Shown piece by piece: positions 1 to 10,805 of a DNA stretch of 64,000 nt. The notes under the pieces were generated by a model that was not told the DNA's origin, made no database searches, and saw only the letters and a list, made by a program, of their open reading frames with translations. This DNA is from Sulfurimonas sp. Its GTDB lineage: Bacteria > Campylobacterota > Campylobacteria > Campylobacterales > Sulfurimonadaceae. Numbering within the stretch: the stretch's first letter is position 1; every line of letters begins with the position of its first letter. The translations under genes and the position numbers were made by a program. The stretch lies in NCBI GenBank assembly GCA_027448805.1, contig DAIDMU010000121.1:7736-71735 (forward strand), read 5' to 3'.

Positions 1-166
1 TTGCAATTATGATGCCCGTAAATGCTATTAAAACAAGCAGTATGAGCAGCAGCAAAAATATATTTTCTATCTCCACAACAGCCGTAAAATAGTATAAAAC
101 AGCCATAAGAGAGATTACTGTAAGTGCGTAATATATAAAAATATTTATACGCAGGTTACGAAACAA
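1..166 (-). CDS. 5' part of a membrane protein, probably the sensor kinase partner of the adjacent response regulator (truncated by window edge)
   Basis: Open frame from TTG at 166 (LFRNLRINIFIYYALTVISLMAVLYYF...IFLLLLILLVLIAF), two hydrophobic segments, overlaps the regulator stop codon. Confidence 0.55.
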   Translation of the reverse strand, partial: MFRNLRINIFIYYALTVISLMAVLYYFTAVVEIENIFLLLLILLVLIAFTGIIIA

Positions 167-809
167 GTTTATATCCTATTCCGCGGACGTTCTCTATGCT
201 TATTTGCGGGACAAGCTGCTTTATGCGGTTTATGTAAACTCTGAGCGCTCCGTCACTTCCGCCCTCGCTGCTGCTCCATAGCTCGTCTAAAATCATCTCT
301 TTTGGCACCGTGTTGTTTGCATGTTTCATAAGAAGCAGAAGAAGCTCATACTCTTTTTTTGAGAGTTCCAGCTCTTTGTTGTTATAAGAGATTCGTTTGT
401 GAATATTGTCGCTGCATAACAACCCGATACATAAGCCGCCTTCGTTCTGAAACCTTTTTAACAGAGCGTTTATGCGCAGCAGAAGCTCGTCCGTATCAAA
501 AGGCTTCGTTAAAAAATCGTCTCCGCCGCTCATAAAACTTTTTTTGAGCATCTCTTTGTCTTTGTGTGATGTTAAAAAAATGGCAGGGGTGTTGTCGTTT
601 GAGTCTCTTAGCTCTTTAAGAAGAGTGGTGCCGTCAATTAGCGGCACATTTATGTCAAGAAGATAGAGGTCGAATTTTTGCGTAAATGTTTTATCCAAAG
701 CGCTTTGCCCGTTTGGAACGTGAACTACTTCAAAGCCGCTCTCTTCGAGTAAATCTGCGAGTGTATCCGCAAAAAGCGGATCATCTTCTAAAAGTAAAAC
801 TCTACTCAA
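156..809 (-). CDS. OmpR-family response regulator (REC + winged helix)
   Basis: LLEDD, LLDINVP, TKPF and C-terminal ENVRGIGYKL motifs. Confidence 0.93.
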   Translation of the reverse strand: MSRVLLLEDDPLFADTLADLLEESGFEVVHVPNGQSALDKTFTQKFDLYLLDINVPLIDGTTLLKELRDSNDNTPAIFLTSHKDKEMLKKSFMSGGDDFLTKPFDTDELLLRINALLKRFQNEGGLCIGLLCSDNIHKRISYNNKELELSKKEYELLLLLMKHANNTVPKEMILDELWSSSEGGSDGALRVYINRIKQLVPQISIENVRGIGYKLVS

Positions 810-1809
810 CGCTTCTTATTGCCCAGTTAATAACTTTGTTAGCATACATAGGTACGACATTTCCGTAGCTTGCCGGAACGACAAAAGGGCGTTTTTCTAA
901 AATAACTTCTTTAAATTCCGGGCAGAGTTTATATATGCTCTGTGCATTGTCGCTGACAAAGGCTTGAAGGTTCTCAAGCTTGTCATACTGCTCAAAAATT
1001 TCACAAAGGAGTTGCAAAGCAATAGGCGCGCTAAATACTCCGGCTGCACATCCCGCGCTCTCTTTTTTGTCTCTTGGATGAGGTGCCGAGTCTGAACCGA
1101 ACATAACTTTTGGATGAGCTTCAAGAGCTACCGTTAAAAGAGCGTCCAAATCCTCCGGTCTTTTTGCGATTGGTTTGCAGAAGTTGTGAGGCATCATCAT
1201 TCCGCCGACAACATCATCAAGTGTGAAAATCAGGTGGTGGGCGGTTATAGTTGCGTAGAGATTTTTATACTTATCCAGCATATCAACCGCTGCTTTTGTT
1301 GTGATATGTTCCATTATAATTTTCAGATTAGGAAAGTTTTTGGCAAGCAGCTCGTAAATGCTCATAAACTCAGCTTCTCTATCCATAACGAAGCCGTCAG
1401 TCTCTCCGTGAACACAAAGCGGAATTCCCAAAATACTCATAGCTTCAAGTGTTTCGCGCATCTCCTCTACGTTAAAAGATGAAACGCCTCCCTCTGAGTT
1501 TGTAGTAATTCCGGCAGGGTAGAGCTTAATGGCAGTAACATGGTCTACGATGCTTGCTAGGAATTTTTTATCATAATTTTTATAAAACAGCGTCATATAC
1601 GGCTCAAAATAGTCATTTGGCACAGCTGCCATAATCCGCGCTTTATAAGCTTTTACATCCTCTAATGTTTCAACGGGCGGGACAAGATTTGGCATAACAA
1701 GTCCGCCGCTAAAACTGTAAGCACTAAGAGGAGCGACATTTTCAAGCATAACCCCGTCACGAAGGTGAAGATGCATGTCAAGAGGCATTAAAAGAGTATG
1801 AGTTTTCAT
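802..1809 (-). CDS. pyrC: dihydroorotase
   Basis: DMHLHLRDG, KLYPAGITTNS, GSDSAPH motifs. Confidence 0.96.
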   Translation of the reverse strand: MKTHTLLMPLDMHLHLRDGVMLENVAPLSAYSFSGGLVMPNLVPPVETLEDVKAYKARIMAAVPNDYFEPYMTLFYKNYDKKFLASIVDHVTAIKLYPAGITTNSEGGVSSFNVEEMRETLEAMSILGIPLCVHGETDGFVMDREAEFMSIYELLAKNFPNLKIIMEHITTKAAVDMLDKYKNLYATITAHHLIFTLDDVVGGMMMPHNFCKPIAKRPEDLDALLTVALEAHPKVMFGSDSAPHPRDKKESAGCAAGVFSAPIALQLLCEIFEQYDKLENLQAFVSDNAQSIYKLCPEFKEVILEKRPFVVPASYGNVVPMYANKVINWAIRSVE

Positions 1810-1820
1810 TGTTGTCCTTG

Positions 1821-3179
1821 TTATAGAGAGTTTTTAGCTTCTAAAATCAAATCGTTTATAGCTTTTTCATATAGTTTTGCCTCTTCTTGCGAAGTTGATT
1901 CAAAACGGGTAACCAAAACCGGAGTTGTATTGCTCGCGCGCACCAATCCCCATCCGTTTTCAAAGTTTATGCGGACACCGTCCACGTCTATGATGTTTCT
2001 TATTTTTGGAAACGAAGAGGGAGGACTTTTTAGAAGCTCCTTCACTCTGTTGATGATTTTGAACTTCTCTGCTTCCGTTGTCTTTACCTTTATCTCCTCT
2101 GTTGAGAAAACTTTAGGGAGTTTTGCAAGTTCAGCATCCAAGTCTATACCGTCGTGAATTAGTTCTAGCATTCTAAGAGTCGCGTAGATGGCGTCATCAT
2201 AACCAAAATAGCGGTTTTTGAAAAATACATGTCCGCTCACTTCGCATGCCAAATCAGCGTTTGTCTCTTGCATTTTTACTTTTAGGTTTGAGTGGCCCGT
2301 TTTGTACATTATGGCTTTCGCACCGCGACGCTCAAGCTCATCATACATTACCTGAGAGCACTTTACCTCTCCGATTACGGTCGGTTTGTCCATCTTCAAA
2401 GAGTATAAAAGGGCCATCATATCGCCTTTTATATTGTTCTTGTGGGTTAAAACGGCTATTCTGTCGGCATCTCCGTCATAAGCAAAAGCGATGTCGCCAT
2501 CGGTTGAGAGAAGTTTTTTGATATCCTCTAAATTATGCTCATCGGATGGGTCTGGATGGTGGTTAGGAAATGCTCCGTCAGGATCTACGAAAAGCCCTTT
2601 TGTATTTAGCTTCAAGGCGCCGAAAATTCTCTCAGTTACAACACCTGCAACACCGTTTCCGCAGTCATAAACTATGCGTTGCGGCATTCCTTTTAAGTGT
2701 TGAAATTGATTTACCAAATAATCTACATATCTGGTCAGGGCATCTATCTTAGTAACTTCTCTTTTTGGTTTAAGCGGAAAATCCAGGGCTTCACACTCAT
2801 GACCGAGAGCATATATATCTTCGCCGAAAAATGGAGCTTTGTTGATTGTGATTTTAAAACCGTTGTATTCGCTTGGGTTGTGCGAGCCTGTAATCATTAC
2901 GGAAGCCGATGCAATAACACCGTTAAACTCGTTGTAGTTACAAAAGTAGTTAACAGGAGTGGGAACAAGTCCCATGTCCAAAACTTTTTTGCCTCCGGCG
3001 TTGAGTCCGTGAACAAGGTATTCAAAGAGAATAGGGGAGTGATTTCTGGCATCATAACCAACTGCTACATATTCGCCGTCTATCTTTGAAGCCAGCGCAT
3101 AACCTATTCGAACAACACTCTGCTCATTTAACTCTTCTTGAAAAACACCTCTGATGTCATACTCTCTGTAAATGCTCAC
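1821..3179 (-). CDS. phosphomannomutase/phosphoglucomutase
   Basis: YDIRG, TGSHNP, DGDADR, VRASNT motifs. Confidence 0.95.
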   Translation of the reverse strand: MSIYREYDIRGVFQEELNEQSVVRIGYALASKIDGEYVAVGYDARNHSPILFEYLVHGLNAGGKKVLDMGLVPTPVNYFCNYNEFNGVIASASVMITGSHNPSEYNGFKITINKAPFFGEDIYALGHECEALDFPLKPKREVTKIDALTRYVDYLVNQFQHLKGMPQRIVYDCGNGVAGVVTERIFGALKLNTKGLFVDPDGAFPNHHPDPSDEHNLEDIKKLLSTDGDIAFAYDGDADRIAVLTHKNNIKGDMMALLYSLKMDKPTVIGEVKCSQVMYDELERRGAKAIMYKTGHSNLKVKMQETNADLACEVSGHVFFKNRYFGYDDAIYATLRMLELIHDGIDLDAELAKLPKVFSTEEIKVKTTEAEKFKIINRVKELLKSPPSSFPKIRNIIDVDGVRINFENGWGLVRASNTTPVLVTRFESTSQEEAKLYEKAINDLILEAKNSL

Positions 3180-3258
3180 TGTTTATGCCTTTAATAATTT
3201 TATGAGTGTAATTTTACTACAACTCTCTTTATTATTAGGCAATAAATAGTGATAAACA

Positions 3259-4710
3259 TTAATGTCTAATTACTAATTTGTGTTCTTTTATCTTGTTTAT
3301 AAGATTTGTTATAAACGATGTCTTTGTTTCTTCTTCAGCTATTGATTTTGTAGCTTTCAGATTAAACAGTTCCATTTTTTTATCTAGGTAGCTTGTATCT
3401 AGTTTTCCGGCAATAAAATCAGCATCTTTTACGATTTCTCTGTGAAGAGAGAGGTTTGTGATAACTCCGTCGATGTAAAATTCATCTAGTGCTCTTGAGG
3501 CTTTTTTAACTGCACCTTCCCAGTCAAGCGCCCAAACAATAAGCTTTCCAACCATTGAGTCGTAGTTTGGAGGGATTGTGTACCCTGCATATGCGCTTGA
3601 GTCAAGTCTAACTCCAGGACCGCCGGGAGTGATGTAGTTTGTGATAGTCCCGATTGAAGGCATAAAGTTGTTTTGAGGATTTTCAGCATTTATTCTAAAC
3701 TCAATAGCGTATCCGCGAAAGTTAATCTCTTCTTGCAAGAATTTAAGTTTATCGCCCTCTGCAATCTCTATCATTCTCTGGATAATATCTATTCCTGAGA
3801 TTATTTCGGTAACAGGATGTTCAACTTGAACTCTTGTGTTCATCTCTATGAAGTAGATATTGTCATCCGCATCAAGCAGATACTCTACCGTTCCGACACT
3901 CTCATAACCTAGTTTAAGCATGGCATTTGTTGAAATTCTGTAAAGCTCTTTTCTTGCTTCTTGGTTTAGTCTTGGAGATGGAGCAATTTCGATTACTTTT
4001 TGGTGTCTTCTTTGAATTGAACAGTCTCTCTCGCCTAAATGAACAACATTTCCGTATTTGTCTGCAACAATCTGGATTTCGATATGTCTTGGATTTTCTA
4101 CATATTTTTCAATAAAAACATCGCCTTTTCCAAAATATTTTTTCGCCTCATTTGTTGCAGAGTCAAACATCTCATTGAAAAGGTTTGCACTCTTTACGAT
4201 TCTCATACCTCTGCCGCCGCCGCCAAAAGCAGCTTTGATGATGATTGGAAAACCTATTTTTGCAGCGATTTTCGCACCCTCTGCTTTATCAAGTATTGGC
4301 TCGTCAGTACCCTCTAAAACTGGCACTCCTATTTGACGCATTGCAACTTTTGAAGCCATCTTATCGCCAAAAAGTGCAATATGCTCAGGTTTAGGACCGA
4401 TAAAAATAAGTCCTCTCTCTCCACAAGCCGCAGCAAACTCTGCATTTTCAGACAAGAAGCCGTATCCAGGGTGGATAGCGTCACAACCTGCTTTTAGTGC
4501 CAAAGTGATAATACGTTCATAATCAAGATAAGCTTGCAGCGCATCTCCCATAATCGGATAGCACTCATCTGCTTTTTTTACCCAAATTCCCTCAACATCA
4601 ACTTCAGAGAAAATAGCTACACTTTTTATGTCTAGCTCTTTACACGCTCTAATAATTCTTAAGGCTATTTCGCCTCTGTTCGCAACTAGTATTTTAGAAA
4701 TTTTTTTCAT
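3259..4710 (-). CDS. biotin carboxylase (pyruvate/acetyl-CoA carboxylase subunit A type)
   Basis: ANRGEIA, HPGYGFLSEN, GGGGRG, EMNTRVQVEH motifs. Confidence 0.92.
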   Translation of the reverse strand: MKKISKILVANRGEIALRIIRACKELDIKSVAIFSEVDVEGIWVKKADECYPIMGDALQAYLDYERIITLALKAGCDAIHPGYGFLSENAEFAAACGERGLIFIGPKPEHIALFGDKMASKVAMRQIGVPVLEGTDEPILDKAEGAKIAAKIGFPIIIKAAFGGGGRGMRIVKSANLFNEMFDSATNEAKKYFGKGDVFIEKYVENPRHIEIQIVADKYGNVVHLGERDCSIQRRHQKVIEIAPSPRLNQEARKELYRISTNAMLKLGYESVGTVEYLLDADDNIYFIEMNTRVQVEHPVTEIISGIDIIQRMIEIAEGDKLKFLQEEINFRGYAIEFRINAENPQNNFMPSIGTITNYITPGGPGVRLDSSAYAGYTIPPNYDSMVGKLIVWALDWEGAVKKASRALDEFYIDGVITNLSLHREIVKDADFIAGKLDTSYLDKKMELFNLKATKSIAEEETKTSFITNLINKIKEHKLVIRH

Positions 4711-4866
4711 ATCTAAACCTTGTGGGTAAATTTTAGCGGTATTTTACACTTTCGTGATTTAAAAGTAAGTAAATTTCATATCTATTAGAGTATTTAAAGA
4801 AATTGCAAAAAAAATATGTGCAAGGGGTAAGATGAAAAATAGCAAAATCTTAGAGCAACTCTCAAT

Positions 4867-6855
4867 CTAAACAACAACCACCCTGTTTCTTCCCTCATCT
4901 TTTGCTTTGTACAAAGCGCTGTCCAGACGTTTAATAAAACTATTTTTACTCTCTTTTTTCAGATACGCGGTTACCCCGAAGCTGCATGTAATGTTTCCGA
5001 CTTTCTCAAGCGTAGTTTTTTCTATTACTTCTCTTAGTTTTTGGGCCAAAGTTGCCGCACTTAAAGAGTCTGTTTGCGGGCAAAGAATGATAAACTCTTC
5101 CCCTCCCCATCTTACAAATATATCTATATTTCTAATTTTTTTCTTTACAACATCAACAATTTTTTTTATGACATAGTCGCCTACGTCGTGCCCAAATGTA
5201 TCATTTACCATCTTAAAATGGTCAATATCAAACATTATCAATGTTAGAGGAGTCTCATATCTTAAAACACGCTCAATCTCTATCTCAAACATCTCTTCAA
5301 ACTTATGTCTATTGTAAATCCCCGTAAGATTATCGGTAGTCGCCATTATTTTGAGATTTTCATTCATTACTTTGAGCGTGCTTATATCTCGGGCAATGCT
5401 TATAATATATTTTTTGTCCTCTTCTTGAATCAGCCTGCATGTTATATCTATGGGAATAATTTTTCCATCTTTTGTTTTGTGCGAAACCTCAATAACCGCA
5501 TTCTCTTTTTTATTCAACTGCTCTTTGACACTTTTTATATTCTCCTCATATACCTCATCTCCGCTTTTTTCATCATGGTAGTCGAGGTCTTGCACTCTCA
5601 TACCCATAAGCTCTTCTCTTGTGTATCCCCTTGTTTTGTATGCAGCTTCATTGACATATATAAAGTTTCCATCCAAATCATGTACAAATATAGAGTCTGT
5701 TACAGAGTTAAGAAGTTTTGATTGAAACTCAAGCTCTTTGCTTATTTTATACCGCTCCGTAATATCTTGAACCGTTCCGACCATCCGCAGAGGGTTGTGC
5801 ATCTCGTCATACTCTACTCTTCCCTTCGCATAAACCACCTTTTGTGTACCATCAGGGAGTACTATCCTATGATTTATCGCATAATTTATCCCGCTCTTTA
5901 TAGCTTTATCAACTGAATCTTTTATAAAATCTCTATCATCTGCATGAACGGAATTCATAATGGCATCATATGTAGGCATAAACTCCTGTGGCTTATGCCC
6001 GAAAATAGTAAATACCTCATCTGACCATACTATCGAGTTGTCGCCTATATTCCACTCCCAATTGCCTATGCGGGTAAGCTTTTGAGCCTCTTTAAAGAGC
6101 TCGTTTGTTTTTGATAGCATTTTAGTTCTTTGAGCAACTTTGTCCTCGAGAGTTTTGTTTAAAAGCGTTACTTCCTTATATTTTTCCATCAAAGAGTGAT
6201 ATAAGAAAAAATGCTCTTTGATGAAAAAATTTGATGGTAAACACTCCTGTTTCTCGATACAATTTTTAAGTTTTATTAGAGGATAGACATTTAAAAAATA
6301 TAAGAAGAGAAGAAAAGCCAGCATTATTAAAATAAAATAGAACACAAATGTCGCAATCATTGCCTGAACGCTCTTTTCAGCACTTAAAAGGTACTCATCA
6401 TTCAAGTCTACTATTAAGTTAAACCCTACTTGTTTCTCTTTATCAAAATAACTAAAATCAGAAAAAAAGACAATATCTTCTCTTAGCAAACAACTGCTTA
6501 TCTCATCAACATGCAGGCCGTTTTCATAAACTCTATTTATCTGATTTTTATCTGTTGAGAGAACTATCTGCTTTCCGATTGCAATTGAGAGCGATTGGTA
6601 CTCTTTATGTGTTGCCAAACTTTTATATAAAATCGGCAGGGAGCTCTCTAAGCCGTCTCTCTCTATGGAGGATATCAGAGTGTATCCAAGCTCTGAGACA
6701 TCTCCCTTTATTTGCTCAATATCCTGCTGTTTAAAGTATCTTTTAACTACATTGTAGGTGTAAAATGAAGTACCCAAGAGAATAATTGCAAGAAAAATCG
6801 TAACCATCAAATTGACTTTTTTTAGAGACACAAGGTCTCTTAACACGCTTCTCAT
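4867..6855 (-). CDS. membrane-bound PAS-PAS-GGDEF diguanylate cyclase
   Basis: Two TM segments, PAS/PAC motifs, DIDHFK, intact GGEEF preceded by RxxD I-site (RNID). Confidence 0.92.
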   Translation of the reverse strand: MRSVLRDLVSLKKVNLMVTIFLAIILLGTSFYTYNVVKRYFKQQDIEQIKGDVSELGYTLISSIERDGLESSLPILYKSLATHKEYQSLSIAIGKQIVLSTDKNQINRVYENGLHVDEISSCLLREDIVFFSDFSYFDKEKQVGFNLIVDLNDEYLLSAEKSVQAMIATFVFYFILIMLAFLLFLYFLNVYPLIKLKNCIEKQECLPSNFFIKEHFFLYHSLMEKYKEVTLLNKTLEDKVAQRTKMLSKTNELFKEAQKLTRIGNWEWNIGDNSIVWSDEVFTIFGHKPQEFMPTYDAIMNSVHADDRDFIKDSVDKAIKSGINYAINHRIVLPDGTQKVVYAKGRVEYDEMHNPLRMVGTVQDITERYKISKELEFQSKLLNSVTDSIFVHDLDGNFIYVNEAAYKTRGYTREELMGMRVQDLDYHDEKSGDEVYEENIKSVKEQLNKKENAVIEVSHKTKDGKIIPIDITCRLIQEEDKKYIISIARDISTLKVMNENLKIMATTDNLTGIYNRHKFEEMFEIEIERVLRYETPLTLIMFDIDHFKMVNDTFGHDVGDYVIKKIVDVVKKKIRNIDIFVRWGGEEFIILCPQTDSLSAATLAQKLREVIEKTTLEKVGNITCSFGVTAYLKKESKNSFIKRLDSALYKAKDEGRNRVVVV

Positions 6856-6952
6856 TTTGACATCCTAAAGTTGTTAAATCATATTTCTGTTATTGCAAGA
6901 TTGTAGCATGTAATTATTAAAGGACAATTGCAAAATATCACATTTTACGAAT

Positions 6953-7660
6953 TTAATTTAAATTATAGTTGATAGGAACGCTCAGGGTAAGCTCTTTTAT
7001 GGGTTTTGGAAACTTTGTAGATAAATCCTCTATGGTTTTAATCGCTGCACGGCTTAAAATATCGCTCTGTGATTCAACTATCTTTATATTGTGAACTTTT
7101 GCATCAACGCCTAAAGTAAAACTAACCTTCACCGAGCCTGTAATATTTCTTTTTCTAGCACTCATCGGATAGTAGAGATTCTCTTTTAAAAGCTCTGAAA
7201 TCTTTTGCATATTTATCTCAATATAGTCATCTTTTGGCGCTTCCTGCGTCAACTTGGCATCATCTATTTTTTGTTCAACTGTCGGCTTCTCTATTTTAGC
7301 CAATCTTTTTGGCACAATTTCTACAATGACCTCACCCTTTATTATTTCAACAATAGCGGCTTTTATCTCTTTGGCTTCGCTCTCTACCTCTATCTTCTTT
7401 TCTGCTTCTTTTTCCTCTTTTAGAGCTTTTTTTACCCTTTTAGGCTCTTTTTTTTTGTTTTGCGGAGCTGTTTCGTTCGTTTTTGCCTCTTTTGGCTCTA
7501 AGAGCTCTTTGCTTGGCTCAACGCTGCAAAGCTTTAAACAAATCTTCTCTTGCTCCTCTTTTTTGACTTCAAAGTAACTCTTCCATGCAAAAAAAAGTGT
7601 TAAGAGCAAAATAGCATGGATGAAAAGAGAGATAAGAAGGGAGTTGCTGTGTCTAATCAT
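6953..7660 (-). CDS. TonB-family energy transducer
   Basis: N-terminal TM anchor with SxxxH (SLFIH), Lys/Glu-rich linker, YPxSAR...GSVKV C-terminal domain. Confidence 0.85.
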   Translation of the reverse strand: MIRHSNSLLISLFIHAILLLTLFFAWKSYFEVKKEEQEKICLKLCSVEPSKELLEPKEAKTNETAPQNKKKEPKRVKKALKEEKEAEKKIEVESEAKEIKAAIVEIIKGEVIVEIVPKRLAKIEKPTVEQKIDDAKLTQEAPKDDYIEINMQKISELLKENLYYPMSARKRNITGSVKVSFTLGVDAKVHNIKIVESQSDILSRAAIKTIEDLSTKFPKPIKELTLSVPINYNLN

Positions 7661-7666
7661 GATACG

Positions 7667-7693
7667 AATAGTAACAAAAAAATTGTTACTATT
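7667..7693. repeat. perfect 11-bp inverted repeat between amt and tonB
   Basis: AATAGTAACAA-AAAAA-TTGTTACTATT. Confidence 0.6.
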
Positions 7694-7715
7694 TTGTTAA
7701 ATGGGTGAGAGAAGT

Positions 7716-8891
7716 TTATATAGCTCTCTTAAATTCCGGATATGATTCTACACCGCACTCATTTATATCCATACCCATAAGCTGAGCTTCATCATCCGCC
7801 CTAAACTTAGATATTTTATTGATTATAAATAAAACGGCATAAGAGACGCTAAATGTAAAAATTCCTACAAGAACTACACCTTTTAACTGTGCGGTAAATG
7901 AGATGCTTTCTACAAATATTCCAGCTGCCAAAGTTCCCCATATTCCGTTAACAAGATGAACAGAGAGCGCTCCAACAGGGTCATCAAGTTTAAATTTATC
8001 AAATACCGGAACTGCAAAAACTACCAATGCGCCGCCGACAAGACCAACCAATATCGGTGTGTACATATCATAAAAATTTGCCGCCGCCGTTACCGCCACA
8101 AGGCCGCCTAAAGCGCCGTTTAGTATCATAGTAATGTCAAAAAGTTTATACCTGATGTACATAATTATTCCTGCGATTATCGCGCCTGCAAGACCTGCCG
8201 TATTTGTGTTCATAATAGTTTTAGCGACAAGATTTGCATTTTCAATGCTAGAGATTGAGCCAACACTTCCGCCGTTAAATCCAAACCACCCTATCCAGAG
8301 CAGCAGCGCACCAAGAACAACCAGCGGGATATTTGAAGCCGGAATTACTCTTATTTTGCCTTCATGATAACGACCTCTTCTTGAGCCGATAATGATTATA
8401 GCCGCTAAAAGTGCCCAGCCGCCGGTTGAATGAATGACGGTAGAACCAGCTAAATCATACATTTCAATATCAAATAGTGTTCCCTTAATCATATCAGCAC
8501 CCCAGCTGACATTTACAACAGTAGGATAAATTAGAGCGCCCATAACGATAGTAAAAATTGCCAGCGGAATTATACGAACACGCTCACTCACGCCGCCGCT
8601 CATGATATTTACCGTCTTTCCGACAAATGCCATCTGAAACATAAAAACAGCCCAAATGCTGCTATTTACGCTATCCCAGCTCCCAAAAGCAAGTTTATAA
8701 CCGACAAGCAAAAATGCTAACGAGGCGACTGCGTATATCATCACGTTTATTGTTAAAACTGCGGAGACATTTTTGGTACGAACAAGCCCTGCTTCAAGCA
8801 TAGCAAAACCGGGAACCATAAAAATTATCAGTGTCATTGTAAAAATGGTAAAGAATGTGTCGATGATGTATTTGAAATCAGCTTCCAGCAT
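7716..8891 (-). CDS. ammonium transporter (Amt family, second paralogue)
   Basis: PGFAMLEAG, DLAGSTVIH, GWFGFNGGS, DDPVGALSVH; both channel His residues present. Confidence 0.93.
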   Translation of the reverse strand: MLEADFKYIIDTFFTIFTMTLIIFMVPGFAMLEAGLVRTKNVSAVLTINVMIYAVASLAFLLVGYKLAFGSWDSVNSSIWAVFMFQMAFVGKTVNIMSGGVSERVRIIPLAIFTIVMGALIYPTVVNVSWGADMIKGTLFDIEMYDLAGSTVIHSTGGWALLAAIIIIGSRRGRYHEGKIRVIPASNIPLVVLGALLLWIGWFGFNGGSVGSISSIENANLVAKTIMNTNTAGLAGAIIAGIIMYIRYKLFDITMILNGALGGLVAVTAAANFYDMYTPILVGLVGGALVVFAVPVFDKFKLDDPVGALSVHLVNGIWGTLAAGIFVESISFTAQLKGVVLVGIFTFSVSYAVLFIINKISKFRADDEAQLMGMDINECGVESYPEFKRAI

Positions 8892-8954
8892 ATAAAATCC
8901 TTCAAAAATTTAAAAGGAATTATAGCTTAGAAACTATGCAGATTTTTTTTTAAA

Positions 8955-8971
8955 TGATTAATTTTTAATCA
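8955..8971. promoter_or_regulatory. putative transcription-factor operator upstream of the second amt
   Basis: Palindrome TGATTAA-TTT-TTAATCA, identical copy at 10789-10805. Confidence 0.6.
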
Positions 8972-8986
8972 GCTAAAATATTAATT

Positions 8987-9052
8987 TTATCTGCCGCTTT
9001 TTGCGGCAAGCTTTTCTAAAGAAACTTCGTTTTGTGCCACAGTGGTCAGCGT
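8987..9052 (-). repeat. structured dispersed repeat, copy 1 (downstream of glnB; hairpin may serve as terminator)
   Basis: Minus strand ACGCTGACCACTGTGGCAC...AAAGCTTGCCGCAAAAAGCGGCAGATAA, related to 33374-33421. Confidence 0.65.
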
Positions 9053-9058
9053 GAAAAA

Positions 9059-9418
<360 letters not shown>

Positions 9419-9469
9419 TTAAAATTGTAACCGTTTTTATGCTTTTAATCAACAGCTTTAAATCTAAAA

Positions 9470-10720
9470 CTATAGATTTAAAGCCTTTTCGCCGTGAACT
9501 GTTTCGTCAAGTCCTCTGCTTTCACTCTCATCATTGACTCTGCCGCCGCCTGTCAATGCTGAAGCGGCATAATAAACAATTGCCGTAACGACAGCGCTGT
9601 AAACAATAGTCAAACCTATCGCCAGAAGCTGGCTCAACAACTGAGAAGCCATATTGTAGCCCTCTGTCATCGCATAAGGCGCAATAAAAATCGCGGTTGC
9701 AATCGAACCCCAAATGCCGACGAGACCGTGAATCCAAAACGCATCCAAAGAATCATCCACTTTAAAGATGTTTTTAAGCTTTGCAACGCCATAAAAACCA
9801 AGAACACCGCCAATTAAGCCTATGATGATGGCACCCTCAACTCCTGCACTTCCGGATGCCGGAGTAATCGCCACGAGACCTGCAACGGCACCTGAAGCCC
9901 CACCTATGATAGTGGCTTTTTTGTAAACAAGCCACTCGGCAATTATCCATCCTATCACACCCAGTGACGCGGCAACGTTTGTTACCAAAAATGCAGATGA
10001 CGCAATACCGTCTGCGGCCAATGCCGAACCTGCATTAAATCCAAACCATCCAAACCATAAAAGTGCCGCACCAAGTGTCACCAAAACAGGCGAAAATGGT
10101 TTAATCGCAACTTTGCCGTAATCTCTCCTTCTCCCGAGTATCATCGCAACCACAAAACCTGCCACACCCGCATTTAGGTGAACAACCGTTCCCCCCGCAA
10201 AGTCCATCTCACCAAAGTTAAGTGTTGAACCGCCTCCCCATGCCCAGTGAGCAACAGGTGCATATACAGCGACTATCCACAGAGCTGCGAACACCATATA
10301 TGTAGAGAACTTTACACGCTCTATCATAGAACCGCTTGCAATTGCAACTGCGATAGCCGCAAAAGTTCCCTGAAATGCTATAAAAAGTAACTCAGGAATA
10401 GTGCCTTTTAAAGTATCTGAAGTTATGCCCGATAGCAGCATCTTGCCGCTTCCGAGTATATCTCCGTCGCCAAAAGCTATTGAGTAACCGACCAATACCC
10501 AGACAAGCGTTCCGATGGCATAGGCGCCTAAGCTCATACCCATTGTATTGAGTACGTTTTTGGAACGTGTCAAACCTCCGTAAAAAAGCGCCAATCCGGC
10601 AGGTGTCATCAGCATTACAAGCGCCGTAGCAACCAGCATCCAAGCGGTGTCCCCGCTGCTCAACGCATCCTCGGCAAATACCAAAGAGGGCAACAACACG
10701 CTGATAAAATATCTCTTCAT
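9470..10720 (-). CDS. amtB: ammonium transporter AmtB
   Basis: GDTAWML, GLALFYGG, DFAGGTVVH, GWFGFNAGS; N-terminal signal peptide. Confidence 0.95.
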   Translation of the reverse strand: MKRYFISVLLPSLVFAEDALSSGDTAWMLVATALVMLMTPAGLALFYGGLTRSKNVLNTMGMSLGAYAIGTLVWVLVGYSIAFGDGDILGSGKMLLSGITSDTLKGTIPELLFIAFQGTFAAIAVAIASGSMIERVKFSTYMVFAALWIVAVYAPVAHWAWGGGSTLNFGEMDFAGGTVVHLNAGVAGFVVAMILGRRRDYGKVAIKPFSPVLVTLGAALLWFGWFGFNAGSALAADGIASSAFLVTNVAASLGVIGWIIAEWLVYKKATIIGGASGAVAGLVAITPASGSAGVEGAIIIGLIGGVLGFYGVAKLKNIFKVDDSLDAFWIHGLVGIWGSIATAIFIAPYAMTEGYNMASQLLSQLLAIGLTIVYSAVVTAIVYYAASALTGGGRVNDESESRGLDETVHGEKALNL

Positions 10721-10788
10721 CTTCTATCCTTTGCATAGTAAATATACTCAAATTATACATATTAAAAATTTAATAATAGGCAGAATAC

Positions 10789-10805
10789 TGATTAATTTTT
10801 AATCA
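10789..10805. promoter_or_regulatory. putative operator in the amtB / cyc2-like divergent spacer
   Basis: TGATTAATTTTTAATCA, identical to 8955-8971. Confidence 0.6.
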
